Shown: positions 29,641 through 43,087 of the stretch, piece by piece | How positions within the stretch are numbered: the stretch's first letter is position 1 | Layout of the letters: each line of letters starts with the position of its first letter | Assembly (NCBI GenBank): GCA_030141605.1 | Contig: JAQGDQ010000065.1 | Span: forward strand, 620,001-684,000 | Direction of reading: 5' to 3' | Source: Tubiluchus corallicola | Taxonomy: Eukaryota; Animalia; Priapulida | DNA length: 64,000 bases | Program-made: the position numbers and the translations under genes | The notes under the pieces: model-generated | What the model saw: only the letters and a program-made list of their open reading frames with translations | Databases searched by the model: none | What the model was told of the DNA's origin: nothing

Positions 29641-31501
29641 AAACCTATATCAAGGCCTCTTTCATTTAAAGCACTAAGCAGCTGTGAAACTGACCTTAGT
29701 ATTTGTATAACGTGTAGTCTAGTACCACAAAAACTATGTAACGGTTCAGGCTATCCAGTGCTACGTCACTTAGGTAGTTCTGTCGGTAAACATTTTTTTA
29801 ATAAATGGGACGTGTGCTTTGTGTTACTGTTTTGCACTTAATGACATTGCCAATCTGGCTGAATCAGATCTCGGTAGAATATCTCATACCGACCTCCTAC
29901 GGTCAAGAATGGAAGGAGGATTATGAGCTAAACAGGTGAATGTGCATTTATTCATAGGCACCAGGCCAACCAATCTACAGGTAATGTTATGATCTGCACT
30001 TTAAACCAGGAAGCCCATAACATTACATGAGATTGGTTGAGCCGTGGTTTCCTGTAGAAAAAAACTAACACGTGACATCATCAGTTGTCTGTGTTCCGTC
30101 GTCGGATGCACTTCTCCTATCTGCCTGCCGAGTGTCGTTGGTCCTGTCGTATTTGAAGCATTGTCATCAGATTTTGTTTTTTGTTGTTCTTCTCAGTCAG
30201 CCCTTTTGATTTCTAAGTTTTGGTTTCGTTGTATCTTTCTTAAATTTCTTGAGTGTCATTATGCAGCGCTTACCGGCATCACCATTGGCTAGCCGTAAGT
30301 CTGTCTACCGGGTCGAACCCCGGAACAATATTATATTATATTAATGACAATTATTATTATTAAAATTAACGGCTACGTACTAAAACGCATTCAACCGTTT
30401 GATTCATCTATTCACTCATTCATTTCTTCTTTCGTTCGTTTGTATGTTCACTTCTTCCTTCTTTGCTTCCTTCACTGGTTCAGTTGTTTATTTGTTCGTT
30501 CATTTATTCATTCGTCCTGTTGGTCATTTCCTTGTCGGTATTTTTTTAAATGATAATGACTGTTCGTGCTTTCTGGATAGCCGACGTGAGTTTCACAGTG
30601 TATATAAGACGTAGCTACTTCCAATCTGACTATTAAAATCACACTCTTAAAAGAAAGGCTCGGCTCAGGTCAATGCCATTGTGTTCATATCTGTAAGACT
30701 TCTCACAATCATACAATATGTTTGTTGGTTAGACATTCTCATAGACAGTGACACTTATTTTCTAATACGTCGTGTAATACCAGATACGTGGCGGTCAGGC
30801 AAGGGGATAATTTATTTATTGTCGTCACAAAACAGGCGTCAACGTTTGCATGAAAAAATAACAATTTCTATAAGATATCCGTTTTGCTTGTCAGCCAAAT
30901 CGTCTGTCTGTCTAATAATCTGGCTTGGCATTCTAGGCGGGGTGGTGTTCTTGGCGGCTTGGCCTCCTTGGTTTAGAGCCTTGATGAGGCATAGCGATGC
31001 AGTGATGAGAGTGCGTGTGATGCAAGTCTCTTATAAGAGTTGTAAGTCCTTTGTCTGTGTTCCACATGGCATGACAGCACATTAGAAGTTTTCCAACATT
31101 TGGTGATGTTCTTACACCGAATACTTACCGCAAATTTATCCAAGCGCGTCTTGACTGTGGTCGCCGACTGTGGTTCTATTCAGGCAGTGAGTTCCATAGG
31201 TTTACCTCTGCGCTTGAGAAACTAAACTCGCATACATCCAGCCTGAACTGTCTTTTGTACATTTTGTATTTGTGACCGCTTGTTTCTGAGGGACGGCAAT
31301 CAAAGAACATTGCTGGATCCATGTCCAAAACATCTGTGAACACTTTATACATCTCGATTAGGCGGCCGCTAATATGCAAGGCTGTATAACTCGAGTTCTT
31401 GTACCTTATCCTCACGTGTACTGCTGTTTAAGCCAGAGACCATATTCACTGCTCTCTCATGGACTTTCTCTAGAGCTGAAATATCTTTGACGTAATGTGG
31501 G

Positions 31502-31977
31502 TGTTATTGTAGCCTTTTGTAACTGTTCTCTTTGATCATCGTTTGGTAGTACAATGCGTTGATAAGGAAAAAACACTGTACTGCAGGTTTAGTGTTTGAC
31601 GTCTGTTTATTTTGAAATGACTCAAGATATGTGATGAAAGATTCAATGAAGATCCAATTCTTGAACTTTTTCCAATGAGGCAAGTTTGCCAAACTTAAAA
31701 GCAGTTCAAGAATCTGCATTGCCAGAGACTGAGTAGTACGAGGGCGTCAGAGAGTTTACTAAGCGACTGCCCAAAAGTTACTGTCCCAATGTCAGCTTTT
31801 TGTTACTCTTTTTCACAGCAAAAATGCGTCAGTGAACCAGGAAGCTTTTCTAACTAGGTGACCCTGATGAGGTACCACTTGGTACAAACAATTATTAGGT
31901 GGAGATGTCTTAGTGGAGATAGTTCGTGCAAAACAAGAAGCAGGAAATACTCCAGAGAAAGCAATAACCCTATAACA
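31502..31977. mobile_element. Solo-LTR-like insertion (476 bp)
   Basis: Termini TGTTAT...ATAACA form an inverted pair; TGGG duplicated at 31498-31501 and 31978-31981; removal restores the CR1 frame WSP-HYVKD. Confidence 0.8.
31847..31919 (+). ncRNA. Degenerate type I hammerhead ribozyme motif
   Basis: ACC-CTGATGA-G-GTACC-ACTT-GGTAC-AAAC-AATTATTA-GGT: box CUGAUGA, perfect 5-bp stem II, ACC/GGT stem I with distal extension; the CG before AAAC is missing and the cleavage triplet is altered. Confidence 0.55.
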
Positions 31978-32639
31978 TGGGCTCCAAACGTCGCATGCAT
32001 ATTCGATTTGTGGCCACACTAAGGTTTTATATATTGGTATAATGATGTTTCTATGCCTACTAATTGTTCGAGAGATAGCTCCAAGTATCTAATTTGCCTT
32101 GGCGGCTTTACCATTGATATGTATGCGGAATTTGAGTTGGCCATCCACAACTACATCCAAGTCTTTCTCAGAAGTAATCACTGGTTCATCTCTTCCATCA
32201 AACTGATATTGGTATTCTGGGTTGTTATTCCCAAGATGTAGCACTTTACATTTTCCGTCTGCTGTGTTAAGTCATTTGCAACGTTTGGCCACTGGTTTAT
32301 TTTGTCTAAATCAGCTTGCAAGTCAGCAGCAGATTGTGGCGAGGATACACACCCTGCAAGCTTAGTATCGTCGGCGAATTTGCTCAATTTTGAGATGATA
32401 CCGCTATCAGTGTCGTCAATTATCAAGAATAACATTGGTCCTAGTACACTACCTTGGGGTACTCCAGAAAGAACTAGAAGTGTTGATAATTGTTTGTTCT
32501 GTATGATCACTATTTGCTTTCTATTGTCAACCATTCTTTGATCCAACAAAAATGTTTACCACGTATACCATAAGCACATACTTTGACAAGTAAACGTTCA
32601 TGAGGGAGACCCTCTCAAAAGCCTTAGCTAGGTCCAAGT

Positions 32640-33690
32640 ATATAATATCAAGTGAAGTACTTTCCAACACTCTTACTTGGACTACTCATATTAATGAATT
32701 ACTGGCCAAAGCCTCAATACGTTTGGATCAGCTGCGTAAGATTAAATATCTTTTAGACAGGAGTTCACTTGATAAAGTGTATAAATCTTATGTTCGGCCT
32801 TTACTAGAATATTGTGACGTTATTTGGGGCAACTGTACTGATGTTAGTGCTTCTGCTAGTGACCGTGTCCAGTATCACGCCTCTCTTATCGTTAGTGGAG
32901 CAGTACTTGGTAATAATACTGATAAGTTGTTTAATGATCTTTCATGGGAGAGTATGCCAGACAGAAGGTATATTCACAATCTGTCACTTTTTTATAAGAT
33001 TGTCAATGGTATTCGTCCTGCTTATTTTAGTCATTTGTTATCACCGAGTACTTTGAGAGAACTGAGTATAACTAACGGTGTTCCAATATTCTTCGCCCTA
33101 AATATCGACCCTACTACTTTACAGGGCCACGTTATGCTGCAACTTTGACATGTAGATTACGTCTTGATAAAAATGCTTCAAACTATTCTCTATGGACGTA
33201 ACTTATGTCCTTCACCTGTCTGCAGTAACTGTAAATTATCTATTGAAAATCGTACTCATTACCAGTTATATTGCTTTGCTTATGCTGCTTATGACAATCT
33301 TAGAATCAATTATATTGATAATGTATTTCCTTTACTTCAGCCTTTTTAAACTTTTATAACTTAACTGCAGCGGAAAGGATCAAATTACTTATAGATGGTT
33401 CGGATGCCTTACCAGTATCCATTAATGAAGCTTTACTGACGGAAGCAAAAAATCTTATTACAGGAACTAAGAGACCACTTTGATATTCTATGTTGTAATG
33501 ACTTGGAAAATGCCATAGGTTACCTATGTAATTTCACCTTTAGCTGTTAAAATTTGTCTACGGCATCATTATGATATAATTGTGATTTTTTTCTGGTGTG
33601 TGTCAAGTTCAATTTTTTACCTCAGAAGAAACTTTATTTAAGCATTTGTAATGTTTTATTGTTAATTCTAAGACTAATAAAATATGTTTA
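32640..33690 (+). mobile_element. CR1-like LINE 3' fragment
   Basis: LTWTTHINEL, YKSYVRPLLEYCDVIWG and a degraded zinc-knuckle-like CSNC...THY..YC; AATAAA near 33677. Confidence 0.8.
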
Positions 33691-34943
33691 TACAAAAAAC
33701 TATTACTTGCATCAAATAGAAACTTCAGTCAAATTGCAATTTAGTTATGTATATTAACTAATTTAACTAACCAATATGGAATAGCTAAATTATAATACCA
33801 GAATTTACAGTTAGTAATTACAATTTAAACAGTTGCTCCATCTATAAGAGAAAATTGTAATCACAACATGTAGTGTAACTATAATTGCAGAACATTAAAA
33901 TATTACATAGCATGAAAACTATACAAATTTTTGAAACAATTCCAATTTCAAATTCAACACTAACAAAACTATAGTTAATCTGTGTATATTATTTTAGTGT
34001 CCATCTGCGAGACACATTCAAATTAGTACAAGACTACTCTACTTAAAGAGAACTTATACCAAACTTGAATGCAAATTTTCAATATCAATTATGCGCTTGT
34101 ATTAATTTAATACAGTCATGTAATTTAATATACATTTAAATAAATTTGAATAGAGGCTGCATATACATAAAAAGAAACAATCTACACATTTTTTCAAAAT
34201 TGCCTTACAAAAATGAGTACAACTATATAATAGCAACATTTAGAATACTAATCAGGAATTTCAATTTTACTGAATAATTCTACAGTAAACCAGTAATTGA
34301 AAATAATTACACCACTAATAATAAGTCGGGACATAAGCTGTACCAATCTGAAGCCTAAATACTGGATATTGCAGCTTACACCAGTTTGCCTAGTTTGAAA
34401 AAAGACAAATCAAATTATAAGCAACTTGAACATATGGAAAATACTGAGAAAACTTTATTACTAGCTCACTTGGCAATGATTAAACAAGTGTGAAAATTTA
34501 CCTTGCAATGACAATGAATCTACCAAACTGCAATATAGCGTACTTCAATCATCAAAAAATTTAAACTAAACTGTTTGAAGATACAGTTAAACGAATAATT
34601 GCAGCAATTTGCAAGAAACACTTCAAGAATAACTAGCACAAACAAATAAATTGTTATCAGTAATCTAAAAATACTTAAAAAAACAATTTAAACAAAAACA
34701 TGAACTAAATACAAGTACAGTTTACGTTAATTGCAAAAACTAAAAAATCATAATGCAATTGCACAACTTTAAAACATTTGTGTATGAAAGTAATGTCTGA
34801 CAAGACAAAAACATTCTATAGTAAAGCATAACTTCAGTAAAGTGATCTGCAAAACAAACTCAAGCTTTTCAGTTATGTATAATTGCAGACATTACAACTT
34901 AAAACTTAAGAATTAACTAAGTATTAAAATTATAGCTTGCTGA

Positions 34944-35700
34944 TTAGAATACATTGTCCGTTGATGCTTTCTTTCCGAAGCAATCCGAAGCATAGTGACC
35001 TGTTTTGTCACAGAATCGACAAGGGCACGTGGGAACTTTTTTCCACTGGTTGTTGAACTTTTAGATTTTTGTGGTTCATTACCAGATTCAGGTTTTTTGT
35101 TTTTAAGTTTTTGTTACTAGATTTAAAGACAGTTGGTGTGGATTCTAATATTGTGTCTCCTGGAATGTTCTCAGTAATTAACACACTAGTTTGCTCTTCT
35201 CCCCTTGAATTAGTTTGGGAGGAAGACTGATGCTTCAAATATTTGTGATTTCGTGTTGCCTGACTTTTAAACTTAGTTGCAATCTGTGTATTGCCCAGCA
35301 GAGCATTTGCTACTTTATAACCTGCAACTGCTTCTGCTTGTTGTAGTGCAGTATAGTATCCAACTGCATTCATGTTCTCTTACTTACATCACCACCTGAA
35401 ATTTGATATCTACTATCTGTATGATTTTCCAAATTTAAGGGCTGGGGTTTGCTAGAACCCAATAGTTTTGGACAATTTTGTCTCAAAGTTGTGCTGATGT
35501 TATCAGCTGTACAGTATTTTTTCTTGTAAAATGGCGAACTGAAAAAACTGCCATTAATTTCAACATTACAAAATTGTTGCCTGTTATCAAAAAGTTTGCA
35601 TGTTATCAAAGACAATGAGCCTGTTCAAATCATTTTGAATGCTTGAAATTACTGTAGTAGTTACTGCTAGTGGTATCCGAGATACATTCTGGGATCTTAA
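34944..35700 (-). mobile_element. Frameshifted gag-like remnant with CCHC zinc knuckle
   Basis: A frame absent from the ORF track reads CRFCDKTGHYASDC (34980-35021) then TAA at 34944-34946, downstream of ORFs 35370-35615 and 35008-35373. Confidence 0.6.
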
Positions 35701-36715
35701 CAAGGTGATATAAATTTCATTAAGAAACAACACATTTCATTGCATTTCAACATTTTTAAAAACACTTAGTTTATAGAGTTGCATTGCAAGGGAGAACTAT
35801 AATATGGTAGTTTGATCAAAACTTTAGGTTGTTCGTACGTGGTTGTTAGGATAGTCGTTTTTGTCGATTTTTATTTACTTGCGTTATTAGACTAGGTAGG
35901 GGAAGTGAATTTAATGATATGGATGGAAGAGGGTACAGGGACGGACAAAGTGGTTCCTTAACCATTCCTTGACTAATTCTAGGTTTAATTCTAGGCTCTT
36001 CGTGAGTCAACATGGAAATTCTTTCCCTATTACGGACTACTCTAACGATTAAATCTGCTCGGTTAAAATGTACGTCTGGTACCGGCAGCTGATTTCAGCG
36101 TTTAATAATTGGCAGTGTGTGGCGTCTAGGCCAAACAACAAAATATACGAAAAGCGCGGCGATAATTAGAGTGATCATTAAATACGTCGTCAAAGAGAAG
36201 CCTTGGTATCCTGTCGTGTCCTATCCTATTCGTAGGTTGCGGTATAAGTCAGCGCCTGTCGTGAGTAAGCATTTTCGTTCCGTTTGCCGTGCTTAACTGA
36301 GATAATATTACGTCCAATGTTTCTATTTATTCATATTTTTCTGGTAGTGTGAAATCAGGAATTAACTCTGAATTATTTCCTGGCACTAATTTTTGTAGTT
36401 CGGACCACATGGTGTCTGCTTGAACCATCGCCAGTAGTAAATTTATTTGAGAACTGTTCAATTGAACTTTGGTTTCCTTTTTGCAGAAGATTGGTAATTC
36501 GAAACTATAAGACTTTAGCACAACCAGATTCCAGTGTGATTACTTGAGGATCCTCTAACTGAATGGTTTAGGTTTTGTTCGTAGAATGGTTTGAGTAAGG
36601 CACGTAAACAGTGGCGGTTTCTTTTGAAAATGGAGTAATTAAATATTGTCCATTGCTTATGTAGGTCATTACGGGTGGTAACTGTTTTGCTGTTTTTATT
36701 ATTTTTTGTACAATG

Positions 36716-39700
36716 TGTTGTATTTGCGTGAAATCTTGTGATTAGTGATGTGAGTTAGTTAGGGATGCCTGGAAAGGAAAACACGTGTAAGGATATGGCA
36801 TTTGAAAGTACATGATTATTTTCTTTGTTTAACGTATCGTTCATTACATTTGAAATAATAAAGTGTTGTCCAAATAGCAATTATCGAGTTGATGTAATAT
36901 TGACAAAGACATGAAAATGGCGACGAGGATTGCATCCGATGTGGCCATAACGAAAAGACGCGCCAGTGATTGAAACTGTCACCGACGTCAGATATTCGGT
37001 AAAGAATTTGTGACTGTTTTAGCGATTCTGCGTCATTGAATATTATTTAGCCTGTGGGTTAGAAACTAAATGGATCATCCAGCATATGTAAACTATGGTG
37101 GAAAGAGAATAAGGCCTTATAGCACATCTGAACCTTGGGAAAATTATGTCGAAAGACTATCGTGTCACCTACGAGGTTGTAGGGTGGAAAGCGATAATCA
37201 GAAACGTGACATATTCATCAGTACTGTAGGTGCTGAAGCATTCTCCTAGCTAAAAAAATTTGCTGGGGCAGGAGACAGTAGAAGCTAAAACATACAATAA
37301 ACTGACAACACTGGTACAAAATCACAAAACGCCAAGACCACCATGGCAGTCCGAAACACTGAAGTTCTTAAGTAGAAAGAGGAAAGTAGAACCAGAAAGT
37401 GAAAAAGAATCAGTAATGGAGTATGTGGCAGCGCTGAAAAACTTGATGACCACCTGCCAGTATATCGAAAAAGAATATGATAATCAGTTGCGAGATAGGC
37501 TGTTACATGGTTGTAATGATCCAGGTATGCAAACCGAAATGATAAAGGTGGGAGATCAAATGAGTTTGGAAACTGCACTGAAGGCAGCATTGACATATGA
37601 AACCACACAGAAAAGCGTTCGTAAAATGACAGATGCAAATTCTCCACTAAATACCTCCAAGGTAGTACATCATGTAGACTATAAATTGAAAACGAGTTTC
37701 AAACCAAAGTGTTGGCGATGTGGTGGCAAATCTCATCATCCAGAACATTGTAAGTTCAAAAATGAGTCATGCCACAGATGTGGAAAAACTGGACACATTC
37801 AGTTGAAGTGCCCAGAAAAGACCAGTCGACCAAAAGAGAAAAAGCTATTTTTCAAGAGGAAACCACGTTATAAACAGTTTTTTAAGAAACAACATCAGTT
37901 AGAAGAAGATGACCATTCCGGCTCTGATGTAGATAGTTCGCCAAATGGTGATGATCAGCACTCTGCATTCAATTTATTTAGGTGTTACGTTAATGAGTGT
38001 CGAAGTACATCGAACGTTCCAGCGTATCATATTAATGTCGTTATGGCTGGGAAAGTGGTGAAAATGGAATTGGACACTGGAGCTTCTACCATCTCTGAAT
38101 TATTGTATAATGAGTTATTTAGTCACATTGCTTTACGTAAAACTGAATTAACTTTGCGGGGTTACTCTAATGAAGTAATTACTGTACTTGGTATTGTAGA
38201 AGTACCAGTAGATTATCAGGGGCAGTGTCACCATTTAAGATTAACTGTTGTTAAAGGTGATTGACCTTCTTTACTAGGAAGGGACTGGCTTACTTATTTG
38301 AAACTGGATTGGAAAAATATTTTCCGTGTTTCAGAAAAAGGATTTCTCCCTAAGTTTGATCGAGATTGGCCTGAAAAGTTTGCGAAATTTTTGGAGAAAT
38401 ATCAGAATATATTTGTACCTGACAATAAAGGTATTTCAACATACAGAGCTCGCATAACTTTGAAGAAGAATGCGAAGCCAGTATTTCAGAAAGACAGACC
38501 TGTTTCCTTATGCGTTAACTGATAAAGTAGAAAAAGAATACAAGCGCTTGATCCAAGAAGGTGTTTTATATCCAGTTGAAAACAGTGACTCGGGCACACC
38601 TGTTGTAAATATACCAAAAGATGGTGGTTATATTAGAGTTTGTGGTTACTCTATAAAGTTACTGACTATAAAGCAGTAAATGATGTTATTGCTGATGATG
38701 GCTATAAATTACCAAACGCCCAAGATTTGTTTGCTAAACTTTCACAGAATGATTTTAAACTTAAGGTATTTTCTGTGCTTGATCTAAAGGGTGCCTTTAA
38801 CCAACTGTTGTTGGATGAAGAATCTGCAAGGTATTTAGTGTTAAATACACATTAGGGATTACTAGCTACACGTAGATTAACTTATGGTATTAAGGTAGCT
38901 CCAGCTCAGTTTCAAGCTGCCATGGCCAAATTTTAGTGGTATTGAAGAACTACTTTGTTATATTGATGATATTCTTATTGCAACCGAAACATATGAGCAG
39001 CACATGAATGTTTTGAAAAGAATTTTTGAACAATTGACCTAGTTCAATGTTAAATTGAATGGGGGAAAGTGTGTATTTTTCAAGCCTGAAATTAAATATT
39101 TTGGACATGTACTTAATGCTGATGGCATACGCCCCCTAGAGAATAAAATTACTGCTATTGTGGAAGCACCAAGACCTACAAATGTGTCAGAATTGAAGTC
39201 GTTTTTGGGTATGGTAAACTATTACGCCAAATTTGTGCCCAATTTGTCTTATAAACTGCATGCTTTGTATGGTTTGTTAAGGCATACTGCTAAATGGGCC
39301 TAGTCAAAAGCATGTGAAGAGCTTTCTTGTTTGCTAAACAGTCTTGGTGAAGTGCTCAGGTTCTTGTGCATTTTGATTCTCAGAAGCTACTAATCTTAAG
39401 TGTAGATGCTTCTCCTTTTGGCTTAGGAGCAGTTTTGAGCCACAAGATGGAAGACGGGTCGGATATACCTATTGCTTTTGCATCTAGGACCTTACGTTCT
39501 GCTGAAAAGGGTTACGCTCAGATTGAAAAAGAAGGTTTGTCGATAATTTTTGGTGTAAAGCGTTTCCATATGTAAACGTATGCTGCTGAAAAGGGTTCGC
39601 TCAGATTGAAAAAGAAGGTTTGTCGGTAATTTTTGGTGTAAAGCGTTTCCATATGTAAACGTATGCTGCTGAAAAGGGTTCGCTCAGATTGAAAAAGGTT

Positions 39701-41777
39701 TGTCGATAATTTTTGGTGTAAAGCGTTTCCATATTGTAAACGTATGCTGCTGAAAAGGGTTCGCTCAGATTGAAAAAGAAGGTTTGTCGGTAATTTTTGG
39801 TGTAAAGCGTTTCCATATGTAAACGTATGCTGCTGAAAAGGGTTCGCTCAGATTGAAAAAGGTTTGTCAATAATTTTTGGTGTAAAGCGTTTCCATATTG
39901 TAAACGTATGGGCGAAAATTCACTTTAGTGACGGACCATAAGCCTCTGACTCGAATTTTTGGTCCTAAGACTAGCATTCCTACTCTGGCTGCTGCCAGGA
40001 TGCAAAGACGGGCTCTAATTTTGTCAGGATATCAGTATGATATTGTGTACCGTTCTGGTAATGCAAATGCTAAAACCGATATGTTGAGTAGATTCCCAGT
40101 TAATAATCATGCTACTGCTGACCCCAATGAGCATTGGAATTGTCATGTTATTGTTGATAATCTGCCAATAACCTCTAGTGAAATTGCAAGTGTAACTGCC
40201 AACGATTCTTTCTTGTCCAGAGTGTATGAGTACACTTTATCTGGTTGGCCGATTGAAGTGGATAAAATTTTCTCTCCATTTTTTCAGAACCTGGCAAAGG
40301 ATTCATGTAGATTTCGCAGAAGTTAGAGGTCAGATGCTTTTCTTAGTTGTTGATAGTTTTTCTAAATGGCTTGAGCTTTTTTCCGATGACAAGTACTTCT
40401 TCGTCTGCTACTATTACAACTTTGAGAACCTTGTTTGCAAGATTTGGCCTTCCCCAAAGATTAGTTTCAGATAATGGACCCCAATTCATTACTGAAGATT
40501 TCAAGTTCTTTTTACAGCAAAATGATATCAAACACACTCTATGCCCACCATACCACCCTTCAAGTAATGGGCTAGCTGAAAAATATGTGCATACTTTTAA
40601 ACAGATGTACAAAAAGTGTGATGCTCGTATGCCATTACATAATAAGATAGCACATGTTTTGTTTAATTATCGCAATGTACCACATAGCACTACTGGTAAG
40701 ACTCCCTCTGAACTTTTTCTAAAGAGAGCTCCTAGAACTGTGTTGTCTTTAGTTAAACTTAGCTTGGAGCGTAAGGTAGAACATAAACAAGAGGCAAGTA
40801 AACTACATCGTGATGGTAAAAACCCTAAATCTCGTGTATACAGTTTGTATCAACATGTTAAAGTTCGAAATTTGAGAAAAGGTAGAGAAGAGTGGATTCC
40901 TGGTATAATAACTGAAATCAAGGGTCCTCATACGTACTTAGTTAAACTACCTGGTAATTTTGTTCGATTTGTGCACACTGATCATTTGATGCATGATGAT
41001 GCAAGAAGTGATTGTGAACTGAAAGTTGGCAAAGAGCCGCATGTTAAGCCTAGTGTAATTGAATTAAAATCAGTTGTAATGTTCCTGTCCCATGTACAGT
41101 TACATCCCGATATTACGATGCCCTCTACTACTACTGTAAACACTTCTGTAAAACCAATTGTAAACCAAAAACCTTTTGTAGTGAAAGGACCTGACACATA
41201 TAAAGATGTGTTACCTGTTAAATCACCAAATGCTATTCATGTCGAGGAAAATCCTAACACTACCTTGAGAAAGAACCATTGTTCCTCCAAAACGGCTGAA
41301 TTTGTAATTAATTCTGCTGCTTGAGGCACAGATGTATTAGATATGATTTGTTTTGCTATCCTATATAGGGCAAACATATGCTAGTTACTAGATACAGTTT
41401 AATGTTAACAAATTTCAAATGTTACTGTTCACACTGCACATGTTGATTCGAGGATAAGGTTCATCCAAACCCTATGGGAAATTTTTGTGTTGCAAATTGC
41501 AATGTATGTGTTTCATTTTAGAGCGAATTTCTTGGGCTTAATTTTGTATGCAGGTTCACATGTAGGAGGGAAGAAATGTTGTATTTGCGTGAAATCTTGT
41601 GATTAGTGATGTGAGTTAGTTAGGGATGCCTGGAAAGGAGAACACGTGTAAGGATATGGCATTTGAAAGTATATGATAATTTTCTTTGTTTAATGTATCG
41701 TTCATTACATTTGAAATAATAAAATGTTGTCCAAATATTAATTATCGAGTTGATGTAATATTGACAAAGACATAAAA
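36716..41777 (+). mobile_element. Near-complete Gypsy (Mag-like) LTR retrotransposon, inactivated
   Basis: 201-bp LTRs 36716-36916 and 41577-41777 (8 differences counted); PBS TGGCGACGAG at 36918; PPT AGGAGGGAAGAAA at 41564-41576; gag with two CCHC knuckles, protease LDTGA, RT YIDD, RNase H, integrase; flanking CAATG on both sides. Confidence 0.95.
39500..39910 (+). repeat. Five-unit tandem array (81-84 bp) inside the RNase H region
   Basis: Units start at 39500, 39584, 39667, 39748 and 39831; no unique spacers. Confidence 0.95.
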
Positions 41778-42469
41778 CAATGCTTTGTATTTTTTTGTAT
41801 CGTACAACAATGTGACGATACTCGTACATGTATGTATTTCGTCTGATCTAAGAACAGGTCCTTGGACGGAACATGTTTCCGAGTAACGCTGCATACAACC
41901 TTGCAGTGTCACTTCAGCTGGGTTAAAATATCTCTGTTTATCTGTAGAAATTGCTAAGTATTTCAGGGGTAAATCATAGCAAGCATAGACAGTGGTGGTT
42001 GAAGGTATTGCCTTACCTTCGTATATACATATTTGTCACTTAGATGATACAGAAAAATTATAGCTAGGAGGACAAAAGTAAAAGTATATCCAAGTAAAAA
42101 TAAATTTCTAAAAAAGTTCCTGGTTTCTTATCATGTAGCAGAATCGTTTGGATAGTCCTGTAATAGTAAAACAGGTTTTTGGGATCTTCAGATCATAATA
42201 ATGATGATGGGAGTTGCATGCTGATTTCCTGTAAAATTTCCTTTAATCGTGAGGATGAAAATAAATTGATGGGTCCTGTAAGAGGGTGGTTAAAATATCA
42301 GAAATTTCATTTAACCCAGTTAACACTATATCTGTAGCCCCTTCTATATGTCTGCTATCTGTTACAAGCTGTAAAGACCATGCATCCAATTGTAGCTGTT
42401 AAGTAAATTCCTGAGATTCTGAGCATTGAAACAGCGAAAATGAGTAGCAAATTAATAAATTTCTTACCA

Positions 42470-43073
42470 CAATGGCGGCTCGTAGCTAAAATTAGTGGAG
42501 TGCTACTTCAGAAAATGTTTACCCATTGTTTTAATACTGTGTAAAACGTAACAAACATATGCAATTTTAATGTTGTAGTTATATTTGAAGATCGGGTGTT
42601 GAACGATCTCTTTTCTTAACTGCAACTTTCTCATGGAGAGACAATTGTGAAAAATTAAGCTGTTGCATTTCACTTACAGTAACAGAACTTATTTCTTGGG
42701 GATGAAGGCGTCCATTATTAAATAATTTATAGTTTAAGCATACACGCTAAGCTTACATTTTATCAATCCAAGAATATGATGGTACACGGTAAGCACGCGC
42801 CGCCCAATTGTTACTGTGATTTTCTATCTAGGTGCAGACGATAGCGTGCAGCGTGTTATCTCAGACACGTGCGCAAAGCAGCATGCGCACAACAGCCAGA
42901 CACCACGTTGCTTGGGCTGTGAAGCAAATTGTACTTCCCTCAAGTGCTCCCCTTCCGCACAAGTATAAAAAAGAACCAAAGAAAAAACATTATTATATTG
43001 ATTATTATCGATAATAATGAGTGAAATCAGGGAGTGCTGCAGTACCACAGTACCCATGCACGAGCCACCATTG
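42470..43073. mobile_element. hAT-like MITE, copy 2
   Basis: TIRs CAATGGCGGCTCGT / ACGAGCCACCATTG; flanks TCTTACCA/TCTTATAC; both arms homologous to 28145-28670 while the middle differs. Confidence 0.8.
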
Positions 43074-43087
43074 TCTTATACGCTTAC

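Larger units (their letters stand above)
31100..32635 (-). mobile_element. CR1 LINE RT/C-terminal fragment split by an insertion at 31502-31977
   Basis: SGVPQGSVLGPMLF, KFADDTKL, EYACDVWSP on one side of the insertion and HYVKDISALEKV, VNLWNSLP on the other. Confidence 0.85.

Noticed and set aside
29737-30327. Possible solo LTR (TGTAACGG...CCGGAACA)
   Set aside because: Termini are only loosely complementary, with no TSD and no second copy in the window
39500-39910. CRISPR-like regular repeats
   Set aside because: Units are contiguous with no unique spacers, derive from RNase H coding sequence, and the context is eukaryotic with no cas genes
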